Origin: Raillietiella orientalis
Taxonomy: Eukaryota
Assembly (NCBI GenBank): GCA_036172245.1
Contig: JAYWIR010000026.1
Span: 2,790,001-2,854,000, forward strand
Length of the DNA stretch: 64,000 bases
Direction: 5' to 3'
Shown here: positions 1 through 12,500 of the stretch, piece after piece
Numbering within the stretch: the stretch's first letter is position 1
How the letters are laid out: each line of letters starts with the position of its first letter
The notes under the pieces: generated by a model
The model's database searches: none
Told to the model about the DNA's origin: nothing
What the model saw: the letters and a program-made list of their open reading frames with translations, nothing else
Position numbers and translations under genes: made by a program

Positions 1-95
1 TCAAAAAAAAAAGAACGCCGACTTGAAAAGAAACTCGCGTACCCAAGGAAAAAACAGGAGGGTAGAGAGATTATAAAAGAATGCAGCGTGGTCGT
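1..95 (+). mobile_element. Fragment of family B LINE ORF1, the target of a family A insertion
   Basis: Translates SKKKERRLEKKLAYPRKKQEGREIIKECSVV, homologous to SKKERRMKKKLAYRHKKQQASEQIEECSVV at 48373-48462. Confidence 0.8.
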
Positions 96-2034
96 TTATT
101 TTCCGGTTGCGCCTGGACGTTTATTGTATAAATCATCTGGGAACTGTATTCGCAGGCAAGGGGAACAGAAGATAGGGAGGTGGTTTCCCGGCACGCAGAT
201 CGGACACACTGAGAGTTCGGAACGGGAGAAAGGGGACAATAAATAAATAAATATGGTGGGAGCGTGAAGATAAGGGTCTGCAATTCAGCCTTTCCTATTC
301 TCAGACCCGCTGTGAATGCCGGCAATCTCCGTTCTCACTTCTGCGTCCGGTGTGGCCACCAGGCAGCCAGTTGCAGGCTGCAGGCTGCACTGTTTAGGAA
401 CGATGTTGGGACCGTAAGCATCTGCAATATGTGGCGGGCCCTGACAGTGGCGCCGACGCAGCAGATGTTTGCGACGACCGCTCCCAGAGAAAGACCGCCA
501 CGCGTAAAATAGCGCCGCATTCAATCCATTGCGGAGTGTCCGGGGTGCAGGAGCGCTGAAGACAGCCGCCTATACAGCTCCTGGAGGGCAACGCATTCAA
601 ATAGCAAATGCGGAAGCGATTCCACCGCTTCGCATGACGCACAGTTCGGGGACGGAACTCCCCCGGAAACCAGGTGCGCGCGCTGGTTGCAGTACAGACT
701 CCAGTGCACCAGCCGAAAAGCGTCCTGTTTCCACCTAAGGGGAAAGACAGTCGCGTCCTGGGACGCACAAAAGACCACAGGTTCTAAGGTGGGTACCCCA
801 AGGAGCTTGCTCCACCGAATTCCCTTGCCAAGGAGGAGAGGCGTGGCAGCGTCTGCCAGCTTCCAGGTCCTCCAGCCGCCCAGAAATCGGGTTTCGACAG
901 CGATAGCGCAAGCGACCTACCACCTCGCTGGTAGGTAACTGTCGTCTCGCCCCCTCAAGGCAGACAGTGCTTCGTCCAGGGGCGTAGCGGCTAGGCGTGT
1001 CCACTGGTCCTGGTCTTCCCCCACCGGACATCATGGGGAAATGTTTGCGCAACGAAGTTCCAGACGGGGCACTTCCTGTTGCGCTGCCCAGGAAGATAAG
1101 GCTTCCTGCCTCCAGGTGTTGAAGTTCGTCGGCCGGCAGGATATCCACGAATGCTTTCCCAGAAGCGAGGCGAGCTGCATCAGAGGGAAGCCGAATCCTC
1201 TCAAGACGCGATCCGGGCGCAAATGCAACGAAGGCAGTCTGTCACCATCCGTGCAGCGCTGCAGCAGCAGCCACGCTGGAGCACACCAGAGAGTAGTGCA
1301 AATCTGGGCGCAAAGTAGCATGCGGAACTGCACTAGCAGTCCGATCCACTCCAGCGTCAGGATGCCCAATCCTGCATCCTGCTGAGCAGCCGCCAAGTCC
1401 TTGAGGTGGATCCTGGACCTCGCCTGTCATCACAAGGCGTTTCGCAACAGGCGTTTCGTTCAACGCTTAACCAAGAAGGGAAAGGGACAAACAAAAAAGA
1501 GGTGACGGAGGAGGGGGCAACGAAAAGGCTCCACACGATGGCCCGTTCCGACAGGAGGCACCTGCCGCCTTCGAACGGGCACAGAGTAGTCTCGGCCTTG
1601 TGAAGGTAGTTCGACCACGCTTCTGCTGGACAGAAGACGCCAAAGGAAACGCCAAGGTACTTGAAGCACCTGCTTGTTGGGATCTTCAGGCAGATCGAGT
1701 CATACTGCCCCTCCCACGTAGACCCAACTGGTACAACGGTTGATTTCGTCCTGTGGACACTCAGGCCCGCTCTCCGACGAAAGAGCTCCAAGAAGTCTTC
1801 TAGCCTGGACGCCAAGGTGGACATGGGCAGAAGCAAGAAAAGGTCGTCATCATAGCCGGCCACGACCGAAGTTCCCGGGCAAAAGCTCTGCTGGTTGGCC
1901 AGCCTCAGCGTGTAAGCCCTCAGCACCAACTCAAAGAACAAGCTGAAGAGCAGAGGGCTTAAGCTGTCTCCCTGCCTGGTACCCCGACGTATGGGAACGC
2001 TGTATACGTGGCGGTCGCTGAAAGAAACACAGCA
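96..2034 (-). mobile_element. Tx1/L1-like non-LTR retrotransposon, family A, 3' half (RT to 3' UTR), decayed
   Basis: RT motifs GTRQGDSLSPLLF, GYDDD and FKYLGV. C-terminal PNCASCEAVESLPHLLFEC. The 3' UTR and terminus are collinear with 48463-48670. Confidence 0.92.
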
Positions 2035-2035
2035 T

Positions 2036-4370
2036 GAGTGGCACGACACTGGATGCCGGGCAGAGGGGACGGTCCGTTGAGGAAAGACAGTGTCACCCAC
2101 GATCGAATATGACAGCGTTATACAAAATACTGACGACCAACGTGTGTCTCACCAGAAGCAAGCAGAAGAAATTCCGACCTTCACGAAAAAGCAGAGCAGG
2201 AAGAAAACTTTGTCCAAGGGACGTCCCGTGCTTTTTGTAAGCTTCCAGGAGGCAGTGTCGTTCGCTATCAAACGTGGCAGTCTTCCTAAAGAATTTATTC
2301 TGCAAAGAATGCTTATTATATAAATTACTGTATAGATTTTTTATGGAATATTAATTATCATGAAGATTATAGAAGGATGTGTGAAAGACTCGAACGTCTG
2401 TTATCACCACTCGGGCAGCTGAGCTCGTCCCAGTACTCCTAGTTATGGACAGTGCTCCGAGACCATCTGGGTTCGGGTCGTTCGAACTTAAACTACGAAA
2501 TGATTCTTTTTACAATTGATTTATCCGAAACGGAGACCATCTAGCTCTGCATGCTGCTTGGCGCAGCATTTCAATTTACGCCTGGCAACGGCGTAGTGCT
2601 TTAAAGGGACCTTCAAACACAGCTGTCTGGATGTGACTGATAAGCCCCTCTCAGCTGCCGTTCCATTCTGTGGATGGAAAACGGTTAGGAGGAGGAAAAC
2701 ACGGCTAGTGCGGGGGATGGTCCGACGTCCAGATGTGTCTTCGCGCCAGGGACTCGCCCGTCTCCTTGCTTTGGCGACACGAAGCATGACGGCAAAGTGT
2801 GCGCGAAGTTTCCGGTGTGCCCAAAGTGTACACCGTCATTCGGATATCCTCTTTGAGTCGTTTTGCACCGGCAACGACCTCATCATCGGGTTCTCTTCGC
2901 CAGTGTGCAACCGCTGCGTTCGCTGTGCTCTCGCCGACCATCTGTCTTCCGTTTCGAAGCCGCCGAAGAATGTTTGGAGGGTTCGTGGCTGCGTCTCCGC
3001 GGGATTTTTGAACCGGTGTCGCTACGTCCCGAGCCACCACCTCGTTCCTTCACGGAAATTTCGCCAGAGGGCGAAAACACCGAAGTCGCCGGATACTCTT
3101 CTTTTAAACAAAAACGAAACAAGAAGTCAGGCTAGTTGTTTTGTGCACCATTTAAGGAAGGGGCATAGCACGAGGTCCCGATGCCCGCCGGTATTCGGAA
3201 TGACCACTGAGGCATCAGAAAATTCAATGCGCACTTATCACTTATAGCTCTGGCTGCGTACATTTCTTTACATCTTTTAGCTGGTGGCGTCTATTACACC
3301 CTCTTTCCTGCAGTACGTTTTTTCAGAATGAATCACAGATGGCAGAGCGGTTCCGCAGGCTTTGGCAACGTAACCAAGGCAATGGATGTATTTCCTTTTC
3401 GATTTGCGCTTGTATTCTTTAGCAACCGAAGGAGTTTCCCTCTTCTGAATCTATTCTGTCACCCACTCGCTGCAAGCAGCTTCCTTGACGCGTGGTCGCG
3501 GATATGAAAATTCTCACGGCTGCATTGAGAACGATGAACGAAGTGCTTCCTTCCACTCTTCGAAGAGGTTCTTGGCGTGTCCCTTACTTTTCAGCTCCCT
3601 GCGTTCTGCTGCTTGGAAGTTCTTCGAGCGGGCAGTCCGAAGCGCGAAGAGCGTGCAAGGATTTTGTGAGACCCAACTGCGTAGAAGAAAGCACAGCGTG
3701 ACAGAAACGATGTGTATGTGGCCGTGACTCTGGAAAGCGGACTGTTTTCGGTGGACGCCGCGGTCAGTTGCCAGGTGGATGCCAGCCGTGTGAACTCTTC
3801 GATTTCCTCGACCGGGTTTTCCTTTACGGAACGGAAGACGGCAGAGCAAAGTGGGCGCTAGATCTGACCGGTGCGGAGTTTATTCCGAAAACTGTGGTGC
3901 CGAGAAGCGCCTTGGCAGAGCGCACAAGTGCTGGAGTCTTCCTGGAGGATGAGGTACCAAGGAGAAGGGTGTGACCAAGTAAGTTAAGCCTCTTTTGCTG
4001 TTGCGTGAATCGGCAGTGCTTCGAGTGCCCCCAATTCCTTGCTGTTCTTACGTCACGTTAAATGATGCAGATAATAAAATGACTTGAGTGGTCAGACGGT
4101 TTGCCGACCACGTTACATGTGGATGGGTACTGATAGCTGAAGTGCATTTTCTTTTTTCTTTGATACAAGTCGGAAAAAGTCATGAACTCCCAGACGAGCG
4201 CTCGCAAGTGCCTTACGTTTTTGGACTTTCAGTCAAAGGCGGGAAGTATTTCCTCGGCACGTTTGAAATGGTGGCAATTCTTTCGAAGGAAAAGTCTCCC
4301 ATGGAATAATTTCGATGTGATCGTTCGACAGGATTCGAGACTGTTGATGTCTGCTGGTTTGGGTGGGCTG
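2036..4370. repeat. Left arm of a ~2.3-kb inverted duplication (partner 22221-24564)
   Basis: Reverse complement of 22221-24564. Paired ORF translations are identical or near-identical (4088..4309 vs 22282..22503; 2633..3247 vs 23344..23958). Confidence 0.95.
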
Positions 4371-4974
4371 TATTAAAAGGCTCAAGAGGCGGAAAGCACC
4401 AGGGGAGGACGGCCTGCCCGCGGAGTTCTTCCAATGCTCCGCGGCAGAGTTGGCACCCCTGGTGCTTCAGTTGACCAGGCTGATCAGAGACGAAGGTGAC
4501 GTTCCCGCTTCGTTTCGGTCAGCCAGAGTGAGGCTCCGACACCCTTCGGCCAGCGGACTCCATAGCAGCCTTGTGCTGCCTTCACGGAATCGTCGCCGCA
4601 TGGAGCACAGCTACGGGTGGACCCCGCGATAAGCATGCCATCCAGGGCCCCGCCCAATTTCTGAGGAGGGCGTTGCGATGGCCCCTCCTGAATCCGCCAA
4701 TACAGGAAGAGCTTGCCGGCATCTTGCGCAGCATGCAACGGCCCAGCAGGTACTGTGATCCCTTCCCTTACCCTCCCATCTTTTCTTTTCCTTTGTTAAT
4801 TTTTTTTTGTTTATCCCCTGCTTTCCCTGCTGCCGTGTTGGACCGTACCGGTCTGCGAACCGGTGACCTGGCAGGCCGTGTGTTTCTTCGTGTGTGCCTG
4901 AAGCACTGGTCCAGCCACTGGTCTTTGTTAAAGTTTGTTTTTATAATAAACGCCCCGGCGAATCCCAAGTGAAA
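4371..4974 (+). mobile_element. Family B LINE fragment: RT N-terminus fused by internal deletion to the C-terminus and 3' UTR
   Basis: IKRLKRRKAPGEDGLPAEFF...SFRSARVRL is joined at ~4540 to sequence matching 58187-58627. Ends AATAAACGCCCCGGCGAATCCCAAGTGAAA. Confidence 0.85.
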
Positions 4975-5795
4975 ATCAAGCGCCTTATGGAGATCGACGG
5001 CGATCGCTAGGGCCCCCATCCCCGCCCAGGAGTCCCTTCCCTGTCCCACTGGCGGCCCTAAAATGCGTTTGCAAAATATATCTTTCCATTCCCTTTCACT
5101 CCTCTGCGCGTGCAGCCATGTGCTCGCGAAGAAGAGGTTGGCATCCATACTTCGCATGGGACCAGCGTAAGTCTGCTCCGGGCTAATCATGGATTTTGCC
5201 ACCTGCCTCAAACGCAAAGCCCACAGCCCTGCAATCGACTTGGCGTCCGTGTTCACGATCGTGATCGGACGCCAGTTGTTCGGTTTCTAAAGACTCCTCC
5301 CTTCGGAAGGAACCTCAGCCTGGCTCATCGAAACGAGGCGGGACTATCGCTTTTGCCTCGGAAGAGCTTCGTCAACTCGAACACCAGGAACGTCAGCTCT
5401 TCCCCAAAGCATTAGAAAAATTTTGCGGGCAGGCCATCCTCCCCTGGCGCCTTACGCCTCCTGAGCCTTTTGATACCGGCGAGAATTTCGCCGATCGTAA
5501 AAGGCTCTTCGAGGCTTTCCTTCTCCTCCTCCTTTATTGCCGGGTCTCCGTCCGGTAGCAGGAGCCAAGAGGCCTTCCGCTCCGGGCCGCCCTGGCGTAA
5601 AGGGATGAATAATATCTCCGCACGAGATGCCGTACCGACGCCGTGAACGAACATTCCCGGCCCTTGTCCTCCAGTAAGCTGGTCGACCCGGATTGCCAGG
5701 CTTGGTGCTCGGCCCGGCTCGATATTCGGCCAGGCGATGGGCATTGAGGGTTTTCTCGTGACAGCGGGCGTGTAAATACGCGCACTCTTTACGAG
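4975..5795 (-). mobile_element. LINE ORF2 fragment (linker and RT N-terminal motifs up to AVDLHKALD)
   Basis: KRLRRRKAPGEDGLP, NTDAK, ISPEQTYAG.RSMDANLFFA and ALAIAVDLHKALD. Confidence 0.88.
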
Positions 5796-5799
5796 CGGA

Positions 5800-7272
5800 C
5801 GGGGAGATCCCCGACACGCAGGTCGGTAAACCGAAAGTCCGGAACGTGAGGGAGGGGAACACAAATCCACATATAAAGTATAGAAATAATGATATAGGGA
5901 GGGTAGAGGACAGAGGTCTTTGGATTGGCCGTTCCTTTTCTTCAGAACCGTCTGTGGATGCCGGTGATCTCGCTCCTAACGTCCTCTGGAAGATGAGCCC
6001 TCTTGGCAGCCGACTCCATGTTCACATTGGCTATTCCGGAGACCTGTCGACGAATCGCCAGCTTCTCCAGCTCTCGGTCGGCCTTGTCGATTGCGCGGGT
6101 GCAACAGACCGTTGCGATGACAGCACCTAAAGACACACCGCCTGGCGTGAAAAAGTGGTGCATCAAGTCTCCTGCAGTGTCATCCTGATGCTGGAGAGCT
6201 GAGGCCAGCCTCCGCCACAATCCTTAAAGTGCACCGCAGTCGAGGAGCAGGTGAGGGAGCGTTTCCACTTCTCCGCACCGCTTACAGTTCGGGGAGACAA
6301 CTCCCCCGGAAACACGGTTCGTCCGTTGGCTGGTGTGAAGACCCTAATGCACCAACATGATGACGTCCTGTTTCCAAGTTAAAGGGAACACAGAAGTGTT
6401 CGAACAGGAGGAGGGACCACAAGTTCTTCGGAGAGCACACTCAATTGTTTGCTCCATCGAAGGAGTCCCTTCTGGATGTTGCGAGGCATGGCGGCGTCTG
6501 CCAGCTCTCAAGTCCTCCAGCCGCCTGTGGGTCGGGTTGCACCTGCGATGGTGCAGGATACCTCACACCTCGCCGGCAGGCAGCTGTCATCAGTGTCCCT
6601 GAGGGCTGACAGCACGTCGGAGAGGGGCGTGACGGCCAAGCGTGTCCAATTCTACTGACTGTCCCAGAACTCATCCATCGTACAGTACGGGGAGAGGTTG
6701 GCGCAACGGAGTTCCAAGAGCTCAACATCCTGTTGCTTTGCCCAGGCATGCAAACATTCCTGCCGCCATTCTTCAAAGTTCGTTGGGCGGCATGATATCC
6801 ATGCGTGGGCTACCAGGAGCCTGTACAGAGGTTTCATGGGGAAACCGATGCTTCTCGTGGCGCGCTTCGTATGCAGCCGGAGCGACAGAATGCCATCGCT
6901 GCGTGCAGCGCCGCAGGAGAAGACGCGCGGGAGCACACCACAGAATAGACCAGAGGTTGGCTCACAAGGCCAACATTCGAAGCTGCACCTGCAGCTCGAT
7001 TCTCTGCAGCGACAGGATGCCCAACTCGGCATCCCGCCGTGTAGGCGGCAAGCTTTTGAGGCGGATCCTGGACCTCGCAGATCCCCACATAGCGTTCCTC
7101 AACTGGCTTTTCGCCTGGAGCTTGGCCGAGTAGGGGGTCATACAGCAAGGGACGTAAGAGGGGAGCAACGGTGTTCCAGACGGTGGCTCGCTACGGAAGA
7201 TCCTCCCAAGGTGGAACGTGCTTAAAACACTCGTAGCCTTCCGAAGGAAGTCCGACCACGCTTCCACTGGGC
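5800..7272 (-). mobile_element. Family C LINE, 3' part of ORF2 and 3' UTR, decayed
   Basis: Collinear with 45300-46800. Contains RRDAELGIL, WISCRPTNF and the C-terminal CKRC..E..PHLL.DC motif. Confidence 0.88.
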
Positions 7273-8112
7273 CGATGGTGGTGGCCAAAGTATTTGGAAG
7301 ACATAGCGGTCGGAGCACCTCTTTTTCAGGTGGTCCGATGTATTGCAGAAGCCTGAATATTTCGTCTTCCCTATATACCATAGTCGACCGTTTCGCCGGC
7401 AACCACCAGTTTGTGGGGAAGAGAACAGCCCTCCCGGACGGTGACACATGCACCCGTAAGGCCGCATTGCATTCCAGTGTAGTCCACAAAGATACTAGGT
7501 TTGGACCACATTGCACGGACCGTCCCGTGTTGATCCAACGAGGGGCGTACGCTTTCACGACGCATGCGCGCTGTCACACCTAACAGGTGGACTACCATAC
7601 TGCTGTCCACCGTAATGGGAAGGAGTCTGCGTGTCCCCATCACCATGGAGGTTTGGAGCAGACTCTGGGCCAGATCTGCTGTTTGCAGATCACATCCACG
7701 TACTGCCATCCACTGCGGATGGTCAGAGCGCTGAGCTCCTCCTCTTTTACATTGAGAGCGCGCATCCCTTTCGAGAATAAGCGCGCGCTCTCGGAACAAT
7801 ACAGATTGCCTACCTTGTAGAGTAGTGTGAGGTAACACCCTCCTCCACGTAGGCAGATAATTCCGCCGCGGCTGCAGGCGATGGAGCCGCCACGACGGCG
7901 CTTCACGTCCACGCTGCAGCGGGGACCGATTCTGTGGGGGCGGATGCCCCAACCTTCATCATCTCTGGGGGCGACGTTGCCGCCGCCACCTGGCACTCAC
8001 TGGTGGTCGTGTCTGGCATCGCTTCCTGAGCGACCACCGAACCACCCGAAGCTTACACTCAAAGAGGGTTCCTGGCACGAGGAGCACTGAGAAAAGACGT
8101 GCGCCATGCGCG
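7273..8112 (-). mobile_element. Family B LINE 5' end and ORF1 (gag-like), decayed
   Basis: Reverse-complement match to 47310-48150 and 58643-59480 (LYKVGNLY..ESAR.FSKGMRAL, VREGCSLPHKLVV, FCNTSDHLKKRC). Confidence 0.9.
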
Positions 8113-10167
8113 CATAAGGCGGTCGGTTGCATCGGCCAGATCCTGCTAGAGCTTCTGAAACGCTTGGGCTTCCCAGGATTTTCAATGGTTTTTCTTTGCT
8201 CTTGCTGGCGCGAAGCGCTAACGAGCGTGTCGTTTGGAGAAAGAAACGTGTTCTATGTGCCGGTGCGCCGCGGGATGCGGCAGGGTGAGTCCCTTGCTAT
8301 TTCGAGCTGGTGCTGAGGGCGTACAAGGCGACTCTAACTCGCCTGCCGCGCATGTGCCCAGGTACACAGGCCGTGGCGTGGTATGCGGAGGATCTTCTGA
8401 TGCTGCTTCATATGTCTACCCCGGCGTCGGTGTTTGAATACTTTTTCGAGCTGCTGCGTCGCAAGACAGGTCTGGAGGTGAGCAGAGCTAAATCGTCCTT
8501 GTTTGCACTCGTTTCGTTGTGGGCAGGACAGCAGAACTGGTTTCTCTTGGGGATCCCCACGCTGCATTACTTCAAGTACCTATTATGCCGTTGGGGGAAT
8601 ACTCTCAGGCGGAGGTGTGTTCTTGCTGCCTCCTGAAGAACGAGAAGGCGATCAGCGAATTCCTGGATTGAGAGTTTTTCTTGCCTAGACGGACCGTGGT
8701 GTGGAACACGTTCGTGGCCCCCCTTTTTCCCACTTGCTTTTTGTTTGCTCCTCACTCTGCGGTGTGAAGAGGAGGACGAAGGACCTCCTGAGGATCGCTC
8801 TTTGGGGCAGAGGAAAGCCCCGAGCATGTCTAAAGGACCTCCGTGCTCCGCATCGTGATGGAGACCTCGGCCTCCTACCGCTAGAGAGGCTGGAGCTGCA
8901 GCTGCAGTTCATGATGCTAGCCCTAGTGGCGCAGTTGTGGAGCATCAGCAGGAGCGAGCCAGCGGCTGCGTTTCTGCCTACCTGCCTAGCGTGCCCAAAC
9001 GCCGGTAACTGTTCCACTGCGGAATGGCACTTCGGCGAGTGGTCAAGCTGACCAGAATGAACAACTGAATCTCTTGCCGTCCCGTGAACGGCACTTCCTG
9101 GTTGCAGGAAAACCTTCACAAGTGGGCCTGGATTGAGGAACCGAGCCCGGAATTGCGGTAGCGACTGCTGCACTCCTTTTACAACAGCCGCTGGCTGCAG
9201 GACATCATCGTGCAGCCCTCGAGTGCGTGGGTTGATAAAACCTCCTTTTCCGTGGCTCTGCCTTACCTCATGGAGCACCTGGGCAGTAGTCAGCCGGCCA
9301 AGTGGCAGGTCCATTTCAGCATCTTAAGAAGAGAGAAGGAACAAGGTGATTGGACCACGGGCCAGTTGACTGACGCTGAGACCCCAAGTGCCCCACCGAA
9401 GGGACTATTGCGCCGGGGCGAGCTGCTGAGCATCCCACTGGATGTACTCGACTTGTCTCCAGTGCTGAGGAATACCCAGATCCTCTCCCTTAAATGGCAG
9501 GAGTCTGCGTTTCTGGTGTTGCATTGGGGACTCCACAGCAACGCCCGACTATCTCACTTGACGAGGGAAGCTGTGGACCCAAACTATGTCAGGTTTGGGG
9601 AACGGGAATCCCTCCGCACCTGCTTTTTGACTGTGTTGCTTTCCGGCTCGTGTGGTTGCGTTTCGCAACGGCTCTTGCTGCAACTATGAACAGTCCCAGG
9701 GGCGTATTGAAGTGCCTCTTTGTGCGCGACGCCCTTTCGCCTGCCGCAGCCTTGCAGCTCTTTGCTGTCTACGAGGGATTGTGGCGGCCTGGAGCACCGC
9801 CACTGGTAGACCGAACGATAGGGACATCATCTGCTCTTCTCTGCGCTTCCTGAGGACGGCAGTCGGATGGTCCCATCTGGTACGTAAGCGGAATGAACTT
9901 GCCGGCATCCTGAAGAGGATGTAGAGAATGACCCCAGCGAAATGTGATCCCTTCCCCGACCCCTCCCTGCGTTTGTAAATAGTGTTCTCTTCTTTATGTT
10001 TTGATTTGTCCCTTCCCCCTCCGCTGCCGAGTCGAACTCGCCGGCCTGCGCGCTGGCATCTCAGTAATTTCAAAGTTTTTTTTTTGGACGCTGTAGGGGC
10101 AATGGCCCTACACATGCTTGTTTGTTTTTTTCAGAAAAATAAACTCCCCGGCGCACCCGGGTGGGAA
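8113..10167 (+). mobile_element. LINE ORF2 from the HKAFD-like motif to the 3' end, decayed
   Basis: HKAVGCIGQILLELLKRLG, YAED, FKYL, RDGDLGLL.LERLELQLQF and LKWQESAFLVLHWGL. Terminus AATAAACTCCCCGGCGCACCCGGGTG. Confidence 0.9.
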
Positions 10168-11034
10168 CGGAGATGGTGCGGAAACCACGACGCTTCGCTC
10201 TTCGCCGGCGGCGAGGAGGATCCCTAGGGAGTGGGAGCTTCGGATTCTGAGGGGACGGTATCCAAAAATTCAGAAACGTGTTCAGTTAATATGGTGATCA
10301 TAGTGTATGAACCTAAAATACGGCATAGGCAGATTGATTAAAATAATCTAAGCAACATTAAAGGGAAATAACTCTTTCAGGAATAATAGGCACATTATCT
10401 GTTAAAGTGTGTGAACTCCATGCTATAGAATGCAGTAATCCCATTGTGAAGTTAACGAATGTTTCTCAAAAGTAGAAATCTTATAACTGCCTTCACATCC
10501 CTAAATATGCCAACACATTACCATATTTAGTTACATAAAAATCCTTAGTTATACAGATAACATTTCCAGCACATGTTATCACAGATGATACGTTCCATAG
10601 AGAATATCGGTCATATCGACTTTAGAAACCAATTTGCACTTTGCATATGCCAGAAATTAACACCATTCTGACTTCCGGAGAACGTAGAATTGATTCCTGT
10701 AGTACAATTAAGCGCCTAGAATGGACGCTGATTTTGATACTTGATATAGTTTCTGCCTTCAGTCTTCATAAAGAATTCTTAAGAAATAAATGCAGAGATG
10801 ATGAGATGATAAATGCTGTTAGATACTCTGAAAGATTTCAGTGGTTGATTTTATTTCTTGTTCTTTATTCGCACATTTCACTTTTTTATTTCAAACTTTC
10901 TTTTCACTCTTCTATTTCGCAAGCTACACCAAACAACCAGTAGGGCAACACCCTTCGATGCCCATAAGTGGTTTGGACTGTCGTCTAAACATTCTATTCT
11001 GGAAGTAACTAATTGGACATCAACCATTTCTGAA

Positions 11035-12500
11035 ATGGTAAATGGTCAGTAGATCATAAAGAGACTTGCTCGTTTCCGTGGTTACCAACTATATATATTC
11101 CCAGTGAGCCAGAACCGAGAAGCTAGACGTCTAGAGAAAGATTACTTCGGAAAGAAGACTCTACAGAAAATCTGTCAACGTTCCACGTTGCACTACGTCG
11201 ACAAATGGATGGACTCACTCACAGAAGCTTTGCTTTGCTATGACTTCAGATATAAAGATGGATCATTCAGATCAGAAGCAGGTGGAGCAGGTTGTCAGAT
11301 GGCCTCCTCGTCAGTTAGACAGAACCCTTTTTCTACCCAGAAGATGATCTCATTGACAAACGGAGCAGCCACCAAACGCCGACCAGAAGTCCCACGCAAC
11401 AATTTTCTCTGGATACCCTACAATTTTTAAGGGGTAAAAAACTGAAGGAGATGTACTGGAACGCTCTGATAGTGTGACGAACATTCATCATGTGTGGAAT
11501 AACATTGAAAAAGGAAAGAGGTCACTTCCCTATGAGGCAATCTTTTGCAGAGCACAAATCTCTCAAACACAAAACAGGCTGCTTGCTGTCTAAGTCTATG
11601 CTATGGATTGGTTTCGTAAGGAAGCACGCTTCTGCTACATATTGGTCAAATAAATCAAGGGAGGCTTATCGTCATCACCACTAACTATTAATGTGAGATG
11701 GCCACTGGAGGGACAACTACGTCGAAGATATGCTCAACGATTTTCCTGGCGCCTTGGATGCTATTACGGACTGCAGCAAGTTTGAAGCTCTCATTCACAC
11801 ATGACTTTTACGTGATGTCTTTTCCATCCTTGATGAGGAGTATAGACTTTCAGCATGTAGTGGATTCCAGAGGGCTTGTATAGTCAGCCGTGCCTGACCA
11901 GTTACCAGTGATTTTAAAAGCTGGTGACATCTTTTACGGATACATCGGTTCATCTGCCTAATGGCAGGCGTTTTAAGATCGGCGGCGTCCCCTGCAGGTC
12001 AGAGTTCAACAACATAATTGACTCGTTAGTTAATATGATCATCACCAGATCATCATGCTTCAAATGCAATGTTTTTCTTCGCAGTCGTTTATTTCGGTGA
12101 TAATGCAACGATGTGCACGAATGAGATCATAAATCATTATGACTGGTAGGAAGCTGCTTTTGAAAAGTTTGAAATGATCTTGAACGCGAAGAGCTACGAG
12201 ATAAGAAATTAAACTAGTATGCACTTTTTCCTGGGATATTTCAATGTATGAAATCCGTTTAAATCACGAAATTTTGCGATCACATCCTTTATGTTCTCAG
12301 AAGCATATTGGGACGATTCTTTGCTAACAGCATCCCCAGCTCTGGGTCAACTAGAAAGTATACCGAATTCAAATGTTGCAGTACCTTGGCGTTGGATAAT
12401 TCGAAATCTAAGAACAAGAACGACTTATGTGAAGAAGCAATAAGTCCTGCGATGGAGGTCTGAAGATTCCGAATATCTAATTATGATCGGCTGGGATTCT
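11035..12500 (+). pseudogene. Endogenous partitivirus-like RNA-dependent RNA polymerase (non-retroviral EVE) with stops and frameshifts
   Basis: Manual translation gives ordered partitiviral RdRp motifs: SGYP.IFKG*KT.GDVL; CRAQIS..QNRLLAV*VYAMD...EARF (F); EMATGG; TDCSKFEALIHT*LLRDVFSIL (A); FTDTSVHLPNGRRFKIGGVPCRSEFNNIIDSLVNMI (B); YFGDN (C); FEMILNAKSY; HFFLGYFN (E); SFMFSE...ALGQ. Confidence 0.9.

Noticed and set aside
2633..3247. 204-aa ORF conserved in both arms as a real gene
   Set aside because: Conservation is explained by the duplication. GMVRRPD and ADH...PPKNVWRV look like an old LINE endonuclease remnant.
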